Notes under the pieces: generated by a model
Seen by the model: the letters and a program-made list of their open reading frames with translations, nothing else
The model's database searches: none
Told to the model about the DNA's origin: nothing
Made by a program: the position numbers and the translations under genes
NCBI GenBank assembly: GCA_965202585.1
Contig: OZ241830.1
Span: forward strand, 45,818,001 to 45,882,000
Length of the DNA: 64,000 bases
Direction: 5' to 3'
Source of the DNA: Thalia democratica
Lineage: Eukaryota
Shown: positions 60,301 through 64,000 of the stretch, in pieces
Layout: the number at the start of each line of letters is the position of its first letter
How positions within the stretch are numbered: position 1 is the stretch's first letter

Positions 60301-63300
60301 GCATTTTGTTGGCTTACAGTAAGTTTCCTTTGATTGCTTACAGATTTTTTGTTTGGCGAATCAATTAAGTTCTCACTATATCTGCAAGAAAAAGATTGTA
60401 AGATGCTGATACGTAGGTACTGACTGGAAATATCTATACTTTTTAGAACTTTATATCGTTAGAATAAAAAAAAATTCACTGGATCAAACTGAGACTTTTC
60501 AAATAAATTATTGCTAAATACACTCCAAATATAATTTTGTTATTTCGTTCATACGTTTATTATTTTCAAAAAATGTTAAATTACAATTAATAAATTTTTT
60601 ATGGTTTTTTAGTTTTCAGTTTAATAATATTTGTTTAAAAAAATTGATTGAAGTAAAGAAAGGTTAATAGAATGAAGATTTATATAAAAGTAAAGTTTAA
60701 ACAGTGAAATATGTATAGTAACAATTGGTGTGTCTTGAAAACTAAAATTGGAGAGTAGCTACAAATCAATGATCTAATTTTTTTAATTATTAAAATAATT
60801 TGAAAAGGAAACACATAACTATAAAATACACGACTGAAGTTTTCTTTAGAAATTTTAGTTAAACATTATTTTAACTTCTATCGCAACAATAAAGAACTAT
60901 AAAATTGTATAGGTTTATTTCTATTTATAAAGTTAGCAAGTATGTACTTTGATTTTTTTTTGAGCTTGCTTAATTTAAATGTATGTATTTTATAGATTTT
61001 TTCAATAATTTAAGTGAGAAAATTTAGTTTATACAAAAAAAATATTCTTTTTTTGTAATCAACAACAGGTATGATCTAAATCTTAGCAAAACATAGAAAA
61101 GTTACAATTAAAATGATATTTTAAATGCGGTATAATATAAAAATGTAGTACAACACTGAAAAATTTATTTAAAGATTTAGATTACTTGCATTTTATTTGT
61201 TACTTTAGTTGTGAAATTTTGTGATATTTTAGTATTTCAAAGTATAGAACTTACTTATTACTATGAAGATTTTTTTGTAAATCCACGTAGTTTGACTTAT
61301 TTGACATATGTTGAGGTGTTAAACATCTTCTCATATGTAGGTGAGACTGACTTATCTTTTTTGGAGTATTTTTTGTGTGGTGGTCTGACGGTGTTTTTGA
61401 CCTAATTTAAAGTATCAGTACAAACAATTTAAACAGAAACAAATAATAAGGTCATATATTTAACTTAAAAAAAAAACTTTCAGTTTCCAAAAACCCATAG
61501 CATAGTCCAGTGCTTCTGAAATAGGGTTCCGCGGAACCTTAGGGTTCCGCGAAGCCTTTCGAAATTTAAAAAAGAAATAAATAAAAAACATAAATCATAA
61601 AACTTCAAAAAATATGGAACACATAATATGGTAAACATATACAATTATAGCATTCATTGATCTGCTTAGTGTGAATCTACAAGGTAGGACTTTTAATGGG
61701 TATTCATTATTAATAGGTGTCCTGGTTGCGCAAATTTTTGCAAATTTTTTGAATTTCTTTTTAGTGAAGTCATGAAAATATTGGTATTATCACTAAAGCA
61801 AACAATGTAGGAGCAATCAAAACAAATTCTAAATGTTTACACAATAAAACTAAATAAAAAATCTTTATCAGAATTTTATTAATGGTATATAATATTGTTT
61901 CAAATGTTGTAAAAATGTTTAAAAAGATGTCTCTTAGCTTGATTTAAAATTTAAATGTATAAAAGCTTATCTTTTACTTAAAAATGATACTATAATTTAA
62001 TAAAAATCTGGCCAGGCCTATAAAATTATAACAGAAATTGAATTTGAAATAGTTTCTTAGACTTACATGATAAAAAATGATGCTCTAATTTATAAAAGTT
62101 GTGGCCAGGTCTTTAAAAGTTTAACAGAAATTGTGAAATAACTTTTTAATATTACATAATAAAAGTGTTTAAATGTCTATGTGTTAACCATCGTAAAGTT
62201 TGTTATTTAAGTATTAAATGTTTTTTCTGTTTAATTATTATAACTCAATGATATTTTTTTGATATCCTTTTATGTTTGATATTTTTTCAGAAGAAGTGAA
62301 TCTTCCTACAGATACAGAAAACGAACTGCTGCAACTATCTGAAGATAGCAATTTAAAATTGAGTTTCAAAGGGAAGGAGCTTTTAGATTTTTCGATATGT
62401 GCAATTTCAGAGTACCCGTCTTAGCAAAGCGTGAAGTTAAATTTATTTTACCATTCACCACCACTTATCTTTGCGAGTCCGGTTTTTCGCATGTAACAAA
62501 CATTAAAACGAAGCAAAGGAACTCTATGCTGACTCCAACCTTAGCTGCCTGTCTTCGTCTCAGTCTCCGAAATCCAGCCGCGCATTGACATGCTTGTTGC
62601 TAAGAGACAAGTTCACGTTTCGCATAAATGTTTTTTATTTATTTTTCGTTAGGCATTTTACCCGTTTATTACAGTAATCGATTAGGTTCATGTTCATTTC
62701 GTTACTGTTTGTAGCTTTCATTTTGTTTTTATTATGCAAGGAAAGATTTTTATGACGTTGCGATTAATTACGTTTGTTTTCGTTTATTTATTATAGAATC
62801 ATAAAATACTTATTGCCTCTGGCGCACTTTGAGTTTGGCTCGACATAATACTATTACAATTAGTATGATTTCTAACAATGATATAGTTTTGTTAAAAAAT
62901 TCGTTTTTCACTGAAATTCTTTTGTTTTTTGCAGGAAGTATTATATTAAATTTTTTTTTTTTAATTAAATTAGGGGTTCCGCGGAAAAGATGAATTTTGG
63001 AAAAGGGTTCCGCCACTAGAAAAATGTTCAGTAACACTGGCATAGTCAACTTAGTTGACAACAATAAACTTAGTTTATACTTTTGAATTCACCTTTTTAG
63101 GTTTTCTCCTGTTGCAACATTTGAATTATTTAAATTGTGCTGCGGCGTCTTGTCTTGTTGCGTCGGAACAGTTTTTTTTTGAGGGCTAGGGGCAGGAGTA
63201 GAGTGAAGCGATCTGCGGACTGCAGGTACAGGTTTACCACCTCCCGGTGAAGGTTTGACTACTATTTGATATGACGTCATAGTTGTATCGTGGCTAGGAG

Positions 63301-63367
63301 GGTGGCGACTTAAGTTGTGTGTCGACTTTGAGTTTTTAGAGCTACCAATTGTGACATCTTGAGAAAC
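54396..63367 (-). CDS. SAM-domain protein (Ser/Pro-rich low-complexity region, coiled coil, C-terminal SAM); 5'-partial, 8 exons visible
   Basis: complement join(63093..63367,59957..60381,59667..59737,59415..59551,57103..57255,56392..56530,54690..54860,54396..54539) = 1515 nt, one open frame, all GT-AG and phase-compatible. The C-terminus INIFLKRLGYE|KFIKNFQHQSIGMSELPYLEEKQLEEIGIPLGPRKRILMEAKKSSFV* fits the SAM pattern (FL..LG..KY...F....I....L..L....L..LGI.LG.R.KIL). The preceding KRFSRLEANVMSLARSLSQLSND...LRARQENLERQ looks like a coiled coil. The most 5' visible exon starts at an acceptor, so the start codon is upstream or outside the window. Confidence 0.85.
55380..56140. mobile_element. 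Degenerate paralog of the 11327-12064 Tc1/pogo-like MITE, in an intron of the SAM gene
   Basis: Shares both subterminal blocks with 11327-12064; termini eroded. Confidence 0.5.
61508..63039 (+). mobile_element. Internally deleted hAT (Buster/Charlie-like) transposon, 1532 bp, with a remnant of the transposase C-terminus (hATC)
   Basis: TIRs cagtgcttctgaa / ttcagtaacactg. Exact TSD GCATAGTC at 61500-61507 and 63040-63047. Repeated subterminal gggttccgc at both ends. The frameshifted stretch 62291-62626 reads ENELLQLSEDSNLKLSF...ILPFTTTYLCESGFSHVTNIKTKQRN..LRLSL. Confidence 0.9.
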
Positions 63368-64000
63368 CTGATCATTGAAAATATTATTTGATCTTTTATT
63401 TAAAATTGAATAAGTACTTTTGAAAAATATTTAAAGAAGAGTACATTTTCATTTTAGGTTACAAATACACATTTAAGGTATAAACTTTGTAAAGATTTGC
63501 TTTTTTTTAATAATTCATTTTTAAATTGATCACTTTTAAACCATGTTCATTATTTTACTTTTAGCAAAAATTTAAACATAAGAAAAGAAAGATGAAGATA
63601 AAAAAAGGATGTTTGTAAAAATACACAACTACTTTTGTAGTTTTGATCTAAATTTTGAATTTTTGGCTCTGAAAATTACCTAAAAATAACCAATTTAGCA
63701 TTAAGAATATGCTTTTATTTTTAAGTTATGAGTTCATTAAATTAAATAATTAAAAAAGAAATATACAGAAGGTAAGAACTTTTATGGTTAAGTTTATTTT
63801 TTAAGAAGCACAAAACTCATTAATAATTATTTATTACTTCATGAATACCAAAATGAAGTAAAAAACTTGAAAATAATTTTAACAGTGTTTATACTTAAGA
63901 GATTTGATACTTATTATTTTTGCATTGATATAAAAAACTCAATTTGTTTAGTTTTTACTGTATAGAACAATTTTTTTTGACTAAACGTAAATCTACATAA

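Noticed and set aside
1-64000. CRISPR arrays, rRNA, intact tRNA, prokaryotic operons or defence systems
   Set aside because: None seen. Repeats are TE-type or tandem without unique spacers, and the genes are intron-containing eukaryotic genes.
1-64000. Firm species assignment (Hydra vs tunicate)
   Set aside because: AT-richness and the repeat landscape recall Hydra, while the TxP-type GPCR and TGACGTCA-rich exons recall tunicates. A BLASTP of the CROT protein would decide; I cannot run it.

Overview
This is an AT-rich (roughly three-quarters A+T by eye) spliced invertebrate animal genomic window, not a prokaryotic one. Three protein-coding genes can be rebuilt exon by exon with consistent GT-AG phases. 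(1) A complete 12-exon peroxisomal carnitine O-octanoyltransferase (CROT-like, 609 aa, ends in -SKL) on + at 8816-28680. (2) A 2-exon class A GPCR (370 aa) on + at 42203-43717, with a TLPFW (TxP) motif, DRW, a very short N-terminus and a long ECL2. (3) The last 8 exons of a low-complexity/coiled-coil protein with a C-terminal SAM domain on - at 54396-63367, whose 5' end is not seen. The rest is transposon-rich: two hAT transposase remnants, hAT-type MITEs with verifiable 8-bp (nnnTAnnn) or 6-bp TSDs, a nested TA-TSD Tc1/pogo-like MITE, a CR1/L2-type LINE fragment and dispersed repeats. The most unusual structures are two long fold-backs. One is a perfect 93-bp-arm palindrome in CROT intron 9. 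The other is a ~110-bp-arm hairpin at 49.3-49.5 kb built from a dispersed repeat, whose four substitutions are all G:U-compatible on +. Also notable are a decayed antisense coding-like block in CROT intron 4 and a near-identical 165-bp tandem duplication next to a CROT acceptor. The taxon cannot be fixed from the sequence (tunicate-like and Hydra-like signals are both present). I find no firm evidence for a wholly new biological system; the hairpins and the GPCR are the best leads.
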